Below, one piece after another: positions 1 to 8,539 of a stretch of DNA of 39,817 nucleotides; position 1 is the stretch's first letter; each line of letters starts with the position of its first letter. The notes below the pieces were generated by a model that was not told the DNA's origin, made no database searches, and saw only the letters and a program-made list of their open reading frames with translations. This stretch comes from Arcobacteraceae bacterium (lineage in GTDB: Bacteria > Campylobacterota > Campylobacteria > Campylobacterales > Arcobacteraceae). The stretch spans positions 1 through 39,817 of the forward strand of contig JBLWVX010000023.1 in the NCBI GenBank assembly GCA_048268245.1. Reading direction: 5' to 3'. A program made the position numbers and the translations under genes.

Positions 1-43
1 TCTTTTAAGTTTAAAGTTTTAAAATTTTATGAATAGTTTTTTC

Positions 44-182
44 ATTTCTCTTACAAAAACATTTTTATTTTTTCATTCAATTTAAAAGATTTTGAAATTA
101 TAATAAAGGTTTAACCAAGCTTCTAAAAAAGTCATAATCAAAAAAGTGAATGAAAAAATAAAAATGTTTTTGTAAGAGAAAT
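44..182. repeat. Perfect 36-bp inverted repeat (arms 44-79 and 147-182) around a 67-bp spacer
   Basis: 44-79 ATTTCTCTTACAAAAACATTTTTATTTTTTCATTCA is the exact reverse complement of 147-182. Confidence 0.9.
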
Positions 183-320
183 AAGTCATTTTGTACTACT
201 TTTTATTAGTATTCTATTAATATTTATTTTAATTCTACATAAATTAAATAATAAAAACTCTATAAAATAATAAATTAATTAAATCAATTTATATATCACT
301 AAAATGGAGACCGTTAAATA

Positions 321-723
321 TTCCGTGTCAACATAATTCTGATAGGAGAAATCCTATCACACTGAACTTAAATTTTAAGTTCGCTATCTAATATACCTTC
401 AAAAAATATTGCCAATTGTGAAAGTGTTAAGTTCCAATTCTATATTGGCATATTCCATTTTTTTGTAGCATTTTTTATTCCTATTTATTATTCCAAGATT
501 GTAAAACTATTGGATATAGTTTTCCCCATTTTTCATCAAGTAAAAGAAGTGCTTCTTCTGATTCTGAAAGGTAAAATCCTAATATATTTTTTTTACCTTC
601 CATATTTACACCTAAAACTGTATAAACAGCCTTTAAAACATATTTCCAACCATCTTTAATTTTATAATGTATTGCATCTAAACAAACAAATGGATAGATT
701 GAATCTAATGGTCTTGTTTGCCA
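321..723 (-). mobile_element. Degraded IS256-family transposase remnant with internal deletions and stops; possible terminal IR near 323-341
   Basis: Fragments WQTRPLDSIYPFVCLDAIHYKIKD..KAVYTVLGVNMEGKKNILGFYLSE, EALLLLDEKWGKLYPIVLQSW and C-terminal KNATKKWNMPI*NWNLTLSQLAIFFEG (TAG at 440-442, TAA at 368-370) match IS256 (Mutator) transposase motifs; CCGTGTCAACATAATTCTG resembles an IS256 end. Confidence 0.8.
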
Positions 724-918
724 AGATTTATGTTTCATAGAATTAAAATCATAACCTAATACTTTCCAAAACTTTCGATTCATCCATTCATTTTCAGGGT
801 TTTGTAAATCCCAATACCAAATTCCATCTAAACTTGATTCTTGAATAAATTAAAAAATAGAATTATCTTTTTTTATTAAATCATATAATTCTTGCTTTAA
901 ATAGTTCTATTCTTTCAA
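718..918 (-). pseudogene. 5' fragment of a PAS-domain sensor protein gene, with nonsense codons and truncated by the IS256 relic
   Basis: Frame upstream of 783 reads LKE*NYLKQELYDLIKKDNSIF*FIQESSLDGIWYWDLQNPENEWMNRKFWKVLGYD, a PAS_3-type DGIWxWD...W..FW..LGY signature; stops at 907-909 and 850-852. Confidence 0.7.
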
Positions 919-956
919 TAATAAATTAATGTTTTAAAAATAATTAAATAGTGAGA

Positions 957-979
957 AAAAAGAAGATTATCTTCTTTTT
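957..979 (-). terminator. Hairpin overlapping the cheB stop codon, probable terminator
   Basis: AAAAAGAAGAT / ATCTTCTTTTT inverted repeat with a T-run on the minus strand. Confidence 0.45.
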
Positions 980-2040
980 CCTTTTGAGTACTCAACAATA
1001 TATTGAGCTATTTCATTTAAGTGAATTATGTCTTTTACTGCACCTGCTTGGATTGCTTTCATAGGCATTCCAAATACAACACAAGACTCTTTATTTTGTG
1101 CAACTGTATAAGCACCGTTGTCAAACATATCTTTCATTGCAATAGAACCATCATCTCCCATTCCTGTCATCATAACACCCATTGCAGATGAGCCAACACT
1201 ATTATTTACAGATCTAAAAAGTATATCTACACTTGGTTTATGCTGACTAACTTTTACTGTATCTAAGAGTTTTGTTTTATAGTTTGAACCAACCTTTTCT
1301 ATCGTTAAATGCATATTTCCAGGAGCTAAATAAGCACATCCTCTCTCAAGAATTTCACCATCTTTAGCTTCATGCACATTTACTTGTGAATTATCATTAA
1401 GTCTATGGGCAAATGAGTTTGAAAAACCATAAGGAATATGCTGAGTTATTACAATAGGAGGTAAACCACTTGGTAAATCCCTAAATACTCTTAATAAAGA
1501 TTCAACTCCACCTGTAGATGAACCAATAGCAATTACTTTACTTCCAGGCATCAAAGCAGGTTTTGAAGGTATCACTTCATTTGGATGAACTTTATGATGT
1601 ACCTCAATTTTAGATGTTTTCACTTGTTTTAAAGGTTTTGGCTTTTTTAATGTATATCTTTTTAGTAAGAAAGTAAGATTTAAAAGTGTATCTTTAATTC
1701 TTGAGTGAAAAGAAACCATTGATTCACCAGCTTCTGGTTTTGGTACAAATCCTACAGCACCATCATCAAAAATATCATTTCCTCTTACACCCTCACCTGA
1801 AATTACTACTGCTGGCATAGGATGAAGTCTCATAAGGTTTCTTAAAAAAGTAACACCATCCATTTTAGGCATATTAATATCAATAGTAACTAAATCAGGT
1901 TCATATTGTTTAATCTTTTCTCTTGCATCATAAGCATCTACTGCTGTAGCAATAACCTCAAATTCATCAATTGAATCTATCATATCTTTTATAACTCTTC
2001 TCATAGAAGGAGAGTCATCAATAATCAAAACTGTATACAC
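967..2040 (-). CDS. cheB: Chemotaxis response regulator protein-glutamate methylesterase
   Basis: N-terminal REC (IIDDS, DINMPKMDG); methylesterase motifs GSSTGG, QHIP, GMGDDG; GTG start with AAGGA RBS. Confidence 0.96.
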   Translation of the reverse strand: MYTVLIIDDSPSMRRVIKDMIDSIDEFEVIATAVDAYDAREKIKQYEPDLVTIDINMPKMDGVTFLRNLMRLHPMPAVVISGEGVRGNDIFDDGAVGFVPKPEAGESMVSFHSRIKDTLLNLTFLLKRYTLKKPKPLKQVKTSKIEVHHKVHPNEVIPSKPALMPGSKVIAIGSSTGGVESLLRVFRDLPSGLPPIVITQHIPYGFSNSFAHRLNDNSQVNVHEAKDGEILERGCAYLAPGNMHLTIEKVGSNYKTKLLDTVKVSQHKPSVDILFRSVNNSVGSSAMGVMMTGMGDDGSIAMKDMFDNGAYTVAQNKESCVVFGMPMKAIQAGAVKDIIHLNEIAQYIVEYSKGKRR

Positions 2041-2052
2041 TTTTTCTATCCT

Positions 2053-2727
2053 TTAGAAAAGATCAATTTCCATTTGTGGTTCAGCCTCTTTCTCAGAACC
2101 AAATAAATCAACACCACCAACGTATTCTTTGATAACTGGTGCTTTTGTAATCTCTTTTTGTAATGATTGCTCTTCAGTAGCGATTTTACTATCTGTCTCA
2201 GTTTTCTGAGTAACTTTTATAAATGTTTGAAATTCATCTGCTAAAAGAATTAATCTACCGTGTTCACCTCTTGTGTGTTCACTAATAAGTTTAAAACCCT
2301 CTGACTTACAAAAGTCTTTTGCAAACTCTACATTTCTATGTCCTATAGATAAAGAAGACATATTTAGTTGCATAATATCAGCACCACCTGATATCTTTGC
2401 AACCATATTGTTTTTTGAACACCCTAACTTATACATTTCATTAAGCATTGCCTCAACAGAGTATAGGCCATACTTCATATCATCATTTGTATTATTTGTA
2501 GTTGGTAATAAAAAATGGTTCATTGCTTTAATTTTCTTTACTTTATCAAAAAACATAATAGCAACACACGAACCAAGAAGTGTCTTAAAAGCAATATTTT
2601 CAATATCACTTCCAACTGCAAACTCACCACCAATTACTGTATGAGTTAATAAACCTTTTGTTTTTTGAGTAAATCTAACAGCAGAAGCTTTTTCTATGCT
2701 ACCATCTTTATGACCAATTACAATCAA
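2053..2727 (-). CDS. cheD: Chemoreceptor glutamine deamidase
   Basis: TLLGSCVA, NHFLLP, AKISGGA, IGHRN motifs; lies between cheR and cheB. Confidence 0.93.
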   Translation of the reverse strand: MIVIGHKDGSIEKASAVRFTQKTKGLLTHTVIGGEFAVGSDIENIAFKTLLGSCVAIMFFDKVKKIKAMNHFLLPTTNNTNDDMKYGLYSVEAMLNEMYKLGCSKNNMVAKISGGADIMQLNMSSLSIGHRNVEFAKDFCKSEGFKLISEHTRGEHGRLILLADEFQTFIKVTQKTETDSKIATEEQSLQKEITKAPVIKEYVGGVDLFGSEKEAEPQMEIDLF

Positions 2728-3572
2728 TTTATTTCCTTTTCTTTTACGAAAATATTTTGTCCAACCCTACTTACGTAGCTGATTAAGTCTTGAGGGTTTT
2801 CTGAATGTCCTAAATATAAAGTTCCACCAATCTTTAAATGTCTGAAAAGTTTTTTAAGAATCTTATTTTGGTCTTCTGCTGAAAAATAAATTAGTACATT
2901 TCTACAAAAGATAACATCAAACTGATTATTTTGATAAGGATATGAATTGTCATTTAAGTTCATTACTTTAAAAGTAATCATCTTTTTTAATTCATCTTTA
3001 ACTTTTATTAAAACCTCTTCACCTGCAAGATTTTTTTGAACTCTTCTTTTAAAATACTTTTGGGGTTTAATCCAACTTGGAAACTCTTTTGAAGATTTAG
3101 AAAATCTATATATTCCATTTGCTGCATATTGTAATACATTTGTATCAATATCTGTAGCAATTATTGAAGCATCAATATATTTACCAAGTTCTTCTTTTGT
3201 TTCTAAAACAGTCATAGCCATAGAATAAGGTTCTTCACCAGTAGAAGATGCAGAACAATACATTTGTATTTTTCCACCCTCTTTTACTAATTTAGGAAGA
3301 ACTCTTTCTTTTAAATCTAAGAAATGAAAATCTTCTCTAAAAAAATGTGTTTTATTTGTTGTAAAAGAGTTTATAAACTCTGTAACGTAACTTCCACTTT
3401 CAACTAAATCCAAAAGATCCATAATATCACCTTGATATTTTGAATCTCTTTTTAATTTATCAATTCTATTTGATATCATAATATCTTTATTATCTGCCAG
3501 AGTAATTCCTGTCAGAGAATAAAGAAGTTTTTTTATTCTATTATGTGCATCTTGTGTAGTGTACTTTTTCAT
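2724..3572 (-). CDS. cheR: Chemotaxis protein methyltransferase
   Basis: TTNKTHFFRE, SASSTGEEPYSMAM, IFCRNVLIYF, LGHSE motifs. Confidence 0.96.
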   Translation of the reverse strand: MKKYTTQDAHNRIKKLLYSLTGITLADNKDIMISNRIDKLKRDSKYQGDIMDLLDLVESGSYVTEFINSFTTNKTHFFREDFHFLDLKERVLPKLVKEGGKIQMYCSASSTGEEPYSMAMTVLETKEELGKYIDASIIATDIDTNVLQYAANGIYRFSKSSKEFPSWIKPQKYFKRRVQKNLAGEEVLIKVKDELKKMITFKVMNLNDNSYPYQNNQFDVIFCRNVLIYFSAEDQNKILKKLFRHLKIGGTLYLGHSENPQDLISYVSRVGQNIFVKEKEIN

Positions 3573-3585
3573 TTAAACTATTTTC

Positions 3586-5709
3586 TTATGAAGCTTTTTT
3601 TGAAAAGCTCATATCTTTTTCTCTTTTTATCTGTGCATTGATAATACCAACAACATCTAAAATAAGACCGATACTTCCATCACCTCTTACAGTAGCTGCT
3701 CCAATTCCTTGAACACTTCTAAAGTTTTTATCTAATGGTTTTACAACTACTTGATGTTGATTTAAGAACTCATCAATTGATAATGCAACTTTTGTATTAC
3801 TTGATTTAACAACAATCAACATACCCTCTTCAAGTTTGTCAAAGCTTTTTTCAATACCAAATAAATCATGAAGTCTAACAACAGGAATAAATTCTTCTCT
3901 TAACATCAATAGATCTTGAGTACCATCACCAATTTTCTTAATCATGTCAGAACTTGGTTGTAATGACTCAACAATAGAACTTAATGGTAAAATATATTTT
4001 TTATCTCCAACAGCAATGTCAAGACCATCAAGAATAGCAAGTGTAAGTGGAAGCATAATAGTAATAGTTGTACCAACACCAACGCTAGTATCTAATTCAA
4101 TTGCTCCACCTAATTTATGTATGTTTGTTCTAACAACATCCATACCAACACCTCTACCTGAAATATCAGTAATTTGATCTGCTGTTGAAACACCTGCACC
4201 AAATACTAACATTGCCTTTTCTTTATCACTCATAGTTTTAAATTGGTTTTCATCAATTTGACCATTATCTAAAGCTTTTTGAGCAACCTTTTCAGCATTA
4301 ATTCCTCTACCATCATCTTCAATAGTAATGATCATTTGACCATTAGCTTGCTCAGCAGAAATAGTAATAGAACCTACTTCTGATTTACCAGCTTCAATTC
4401 TTTGTTCAGTAGTTTCAAGTCCATGATCAAGAGAGTTTCTAATAATATGCATTAAAGGATCAGTTAATCCCTCAATCATAGCTTTGTCAATCTCAACATT
4501 ATCACCATAATGAATAAATTCAACTTTTTTACCAAGTTTTCTTGAAATATCTCTAACAACTTTTGGGAACTTAGAATAAATAGATTCCATTGGTACCATT
4601 CTGATACTCATAATTGAATCTTGCATATCTCTAATATGTCTTTCTAAAAGTTCCAATCTCTCTAAAACAGAATTTCTAGTTTTTGCACCTTCAATAGTAG
4701 TTGCAAATTGAGTTAACATAGCATTAGTAATTACTAAATCACCAACATTATTCATAAGTAAATCAATTTTATCAAGATTTACTCTAATATTACTACTTGC
4801 TGCAGATTTTTTAGCACCCTCTTTTTGCTCTCTTGGTTTTCTAGCTGGTCTTGCTGCTGGTGTCTCTTCATTTTTAACTTCAACAGTTTTAGCAGATTCT
4901 TCTTTCTTAGGTTCTGTTTTTATTACTTCAACAACTTTTGCTGCCTCTTCTTTTTGCTCAACACTATTTGTTTCCATAACAGCATCAGGAGTCATTGATG
5001 GTACATCATCAAAGAAACCAAAGTCTTCTCTATCATCATTAGTATCAACCATGTCTTCTTGAGAATCATCCATACTTTCTGCTAATTCTTCCAATTCATC
5101 GTCAAAGAAACCATAGTTTTTATGAACTTCATCTATTGAATCATCTTCAAATATACCATAAGCATTACTATTTCTTTGGTCATTTAGGTCATCATCAAAA
5201 AATCCAATATTGTCATTATCAATTTCTATATGATCTACTGATTTAATCTCTTCTTTTGGCTCTTTTTTTTGTACTTGAATTTTTGGCTCAGCTTTTGCAG
5301 CAGGTGCATTACCACTTGAATAAGCTCTAATTTCTTCTAAAAGATCTTTTGTCATATCTACAAAAGTCTCTTTAGTTAAATCTTCTGCAACTTCTAAGTC
5401 AAGAATTTCTCTCATTACATCTAAACCATCAATAAGAGTACTTGCCATTTTTGGAATAAATTCTATTTCGTGATTCCTTAATTTATCCATCATGTTCTCA
5501 ACATCATGAGTAAATTCAGCAAACATAGTCAATTCTACAGATGCACCACTTCCCTTAAGTGTATGTACATCTCTAAATAATTGACCCATTTCATCATCAG
5601 TTAATGTCCCATTATTTTCAGCTTCTAATAATACATTATCAGCTGATTCAAAAAGCTCTTCTGCTTCTTCTAAGAACATTTCTCTATATTTAGAAATATC
5701 AAATGACAT
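3586..5709 (-). CDS. cheA: Chemotaxis histidine kinase
   Basis: HPt (FRDVHTLKG), dimerisation (IRVNLDKIDLLMNNVGDLVI), HATPase (HIIRNSLDHG, DDGRG, SGRGVGMDVV), C-terminal CheW-like domain. Confidence 0.97.
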   Translation of the reverse strand: MSFDISKYREMFLEEAEELFESADNVLLEAENNGTLTDDEMGQLFRDVHTLKGSGASVELTMFAEFTHDVENMMDKLRNHEIEFIPKMASTLIDGLDVMREILDLEVAEDLTKETFVDMTKDLLEEIRAYSSGNAPAAKAEPKIQVQKKEPKEEIKSVDHIEIDNDNIGFFDDDLNDQRNSNAYGIFEDDSIDEVHKNYGFFDDELEELAESMDDSQEDMVDTNDDREDFGFFDDVPSMTPDAVMETNSVEQKEEAAKVVEVIKTEPKKEESAKTVEVKNEETPAARPARKPREQKEGAKKSAASSNIRVNLDKIDLLMNNVGDLVITNAMLTQFATTIEGAKTRNSVLERLELLERHIRDMQDSIMSIRMVPMESIYSKFPKVVRDISRKLGKKVEFIHYGDNVEIDKAMIEGLTDPLMHIIRNSLDHGLETTEQRIEAGKSEVGSITISAEQANGQMIITIEDDGRGINAEKVAQKALDNGQIDENQFKTMSDKEKAMLVFGAGVSTADQITDISGRGVGMDVVRTNIHKLGGAIELDTSVGVGTTITIMLPLTLAILDGLDIAVGDKKYILPLSSIVESLQPSSDMIKKIGDGTQDLLMLREEFIPVVRLHDLFGIEKSFDKLEEGMLIVVKSSNTKVALSIDEFLNQHQVVVKPLDKNFRSVQGIGAATVRGDGSIGLILDVVGIINAQIKREKDMSFSKKAS

Positions 5710-5725
5710 GATAACCCCTTTTTTA

Positions 5726-6094
5726 TTATCTACTTAAAACTATATTTACAGCTTTTAGTAATTGATCTGGAACAAATGGCTTTACAATCCAACCAGTTGC
5801 ACCAGCTGCTTTTCCTTTTGCTTTCATTTCATCGCTTCTTTCAGTTGTAAGAACTAAAATAGGCTTTTTAGAATATTGAGGAAGTTTTCTTAACTCTCCA
5901 ATAAGTGTTAAACCATCCATATTTGGCATATTAACATCTGTGATAATTAAATCAAATTCTTCAGCCTTAGCTTTTGCCAAACCATCAACACCATCGATAC
6001 CTTCTGTTACATCAGTGTATCCACCTTCATTTAATGCATAGTTCAGCATATCTCTTAGCATAGTAGAATCATCTACAATTAAAAGCTTAGCCAT
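5726..6094 (-). CDS. cheY: Chemotaxis response regulator
   Basis: Stand-alone REC: IVDDS, TDVNMPNMDG, LTTE, GATGWIVKPF; directly upstream of cheA. Confidence 0.92.
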   Translation of the reverse strand: MAKLLIVDDSTMLRDMLNYALNEGGYTDVTEGIDGVDGLAKAKAEEFDLIITDVNMPNMDGLTLIGELRKLPQYSKKPILVLTTERSDEMKAKGKAAGATGWIVKPFVPDQLLKAVNIVLSR

Positions 6095-6223
6095 TATAAA
6101 ACCCCTTAGTTTTTTAAAAAAATTATTTTTACTATACTATCGTAAGAAATATTAATGTAAGTTTATAATTTAAAATAATTCTTACTATGTTATATGTGAA
6201 TAGTAAACTTTAGCGTATATTGC

Positions 6224-6263
6224 TATTTAATAGTTTTATATTATAACATAAAACTATTAAATA
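6224..6263. promoter_or_regulatory. 16-bp inverted repeat enclosing a minus-strand TATAAT, upstream of the che operon
   Basis: TATTTAATAGTTTTAT (6224-6239) / ATAAAACTATTAAATA (6248-6263), spacer ATTATAAC. Confidence 0.45.
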
Positions 6264-6328
6264 ACAAACATTTTGTGTTACTTTATATTATTACAAGGGT
6301 AAGTTTTAAAATTATTTATTTTGAAAGT

Positions 6329-6354
6329 GATAAAAAGACCTAAGTCTTTTTATC
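6329..6354 (-). terminator. Rho-independent terminator after pnp
   Basis: GATAAAAAGAC-CTAA-GTCTTTTTATC hairpin directly after the stop codon. Confidence 0.7.
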
Positions 6355-8532
6355 TTAAAGTGATGCAGCTGATAATTCGATTCTATCTTTTTTAACGTTT
6401 AATACTTTTATTTCTACACTGTCTCCAACTGAGAATACATCAGAAACATTGTTTACTCTTTGCTTAGAAATTTTTGAGATATGTAATAATCCTTCTCCGC
6501 CTTTTGGTAGTGATACAAATGCACCAAAGTCAACAATTCTTTCTACTTTACCAGTTAAAATATCTTCTGGCTTATATAAGTCTTCAAAGTTTACACTTTT
6601 ATTCTCTTTTCTAGAAGTTGCATTATTAGAAATAGTTTTAATATGCTCACAAGCATCTAACACATTCTGTTTTGACTCTCCGCTTACTTTAACATTTCCT
6701 GAGTTTCTATCTAAATCAATCGCAACTGAGAACTTCTCAATAATCTCTTTAATTGTTGCACCTGCTTTTCCAATAACAACCATCATTTTACTAGGATCAA
6801 TTGCAAATTGCTCAACTAAAGGTAATGCTTCACTTGGAACAATTTGTTCTGCTGCTTCTTCCATGATTCCTAAGATATGCTCTCTACCCTCTTTTGCTTG
6901 AAGTAATGCTTCTTTTAATACTGAAAGTTCAATCCCTCCAAGTTTAATATCCATTTGAAGTGCAGTAATACCATCTTTTGTACCTGCAACTTTAAAGTCC
7001 ATATCTCCATCGTGATCTTCAAGACCCATGATATCAGTAAGAACAGAATATTCATCACCTTCAACAACCATACCCATTGCAACACCAGCAACTAAATCAG
7101 ATACAGGAACACCTGCTGCTTTAAGTGCTAATGAACCACCACATACAGTTGCCATTGAAGAAGAACCGTTTGACTCTAAAATTTCAGAAACTAGTCTAAC
7201 TGTTTCAGTATAGTCTTTGTCAATTGTAGATTCAAGTGCTTTTTTACCTAAATTACCATGTCCAAGTTCTCTTCTTCCTACACCAAACATTGGTTTAGCT
7301 TCACCTACAGAGAATCCAGGGAAGTTATAGTGAACCATAAAGTTTTCCATTGAAGTAGATTTTTCTGTTAAAACTTCATACATTTGTCCATCTTTTGCAC
7401 CAGCTATTGTTCCAACAACTAAAGCTTGTGTTTCTCCTCTTGTAAATAAACAAGATGAATGAGCAGATGGTAAAATGTTAGTATCAATAGAAATAGGTCT
7501 TACATCTTTAAGCCCTCTTCCATCAGCTCTTACTTTCTCTTTTACAATCATATCTCTTACAAGTTCTCTTTTTACTATAGAAACTGCTTCATAAACTACT
7601 TTATATTCAATCTCATTTGCTACACAATGCTCATTTTGAGAAATTAATTTTGCAACATCTTTTAATTCAGTTGCTCTTTCACTTTTTGCAAGTTTTTTAA
7701 TCGCTTCTTTAATATTTAAAGAATAGTTATCTCTCACATAGTTAATTACTTCTTCATCAATAGTAAATTCAACTAACTCTACTTCTTTAACTGGTTTACA
7801 AACACTTTCAAAACCATCTTCATAAGTTTTATTTGATTCGTATAAAGCTTTTTGTGCAACAGCAATTGCTTCTACTAATTCTTCTTCACATATTTCATTT
7901 GCATTATGAACTTTTGTAAATGCTTCAATATCTACTTCAACTAATTCAGCGCTTGAAATTGATTTCATTTCAATCATAAGTAATTCATCTTTTGAGCCAG
8001 CTACATATAAATCTAATGTTGAATCTTCTAATTGAGTTGATGTTGGGTTAACAACATACTCTCCTTCAATTTTACCGATTCTAACACCACATACAGATTT
8101 TTTAATAGGAAGATTAGAAGTATATAAAGCAGCATTTGCAGCATTTAAAGCTAGCATTTGTAAATCAACATCTTTATCAGCACTTAATACCATAACAGTA
8201 ATAGTTGTAGGATACACATAACCTTTAGGGAATAATGGTCTTAAACTTCTATCAATAACTCTTGATGTTAAAGTTTCAAACTCACTAGGCTTTGCTTCTC
8301 TTTTTATAAAACCACCAGGAAGTTTTGCTGATGCATATGTTTTTTCAACATACTGTACAGTCAAAGGAGTAAAATCCTCTTCTACTGGGTTATCAAATTC
8401 ACTTACTACAGTAGCTAAAACTACTGCTTTACCTAATTTTGCTAAAACAGAACCATTGGCCTGTTTAGCTACTTTATTAAATTCAAAAATCTCTTCTTTT
8501 TCATTTAGTTCAAATTCACATACTATTGACAT
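6355..8532 (-). CDS. pnp: Polyribonucleotide nucleotidyltransferase (PNPase)
   Basis: Two RNase PH domains (FTRGETQ, ESNGSSSMA, GDMDFKVAGT), KH (IGKAGATIK), S1 (FGAFV, LLHISKIS). Confidence 0.97.
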   Translation of the reverse strand: MSIVCEFELNEKEEIFEFNKVAKQANGSVLAKLGKAVVLATVVSEFDNPVEEDFTPLTVQYVEKTYASAKLPGGFIKREAKPSEFETLTSRVIDRSLRPLFPKGYVYPTTITVMVLSADKDVDLQMLALNAANAALYTSNLPIKKSVCGVRIGKIEGEYVVNPTSTQLEDSTLDLYVAGSKDELLMIEMKSISSAELVEVDIEAFTKVHNANEICEEELVEAIAVAQKALYESNKTYEDGFESVCKPVKEVELVEFTIDEEVINYVRDNYSLNIKEAIKKLAKSERATELKDVAKLISQNEHCVANEIEYKVVYEAVSIVKRELVRDMIVKEKVRADGRGLKDVRPISIDTNILPSAHSSCLFTRGETQALVVGTIAGAKDGQMYEVLTEKSTSMENFMVHYNFPGFSVGEAKPMFGVGRRELGHGNLGKKALESTIDKDYTETVRLVSEILESNGSSSMATVCGGSLALKAAGVPVSDLVAGVAMGMVVEGDEYSVLTDIMGLEDHDGDMDFKVAGTKDGITALQMDIKLGGIELSVLKEALLQAKEGREHILGIMEEAAEQIVPSEALPLVEQFAIDPSKMMVVIGKAGATIKEIIEKFSVAIDLDRNSGNVKVSGESKQNVLDACEHIKTISNNATSRKENKSVNFEDLYKPEDILTGKVERIVDFGAFVSLPKGGEGLLHISKISKQRVNNVSDVFSVGDSVEIKVLNVKKDRIELSAASL

Positions 8533-8539
8533 ACTTACT

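Noticed and set aside
1..45. Minus-strand ATG at 43-45 as the start of a gene leaving the window
   Set aside because: The frame stops after 8 codons (MKKLFIKF*)
44..182. 36-bp repeat as a CRISPR repeat
   Set aside because: Only two copies, inverted rather than direct, and no cas genes in the window
481..783. 100-aa ORF as a genuine protein
   Set aside because: It is a chimera of a PAS pseudogene and non-contiguous IS256 fragments
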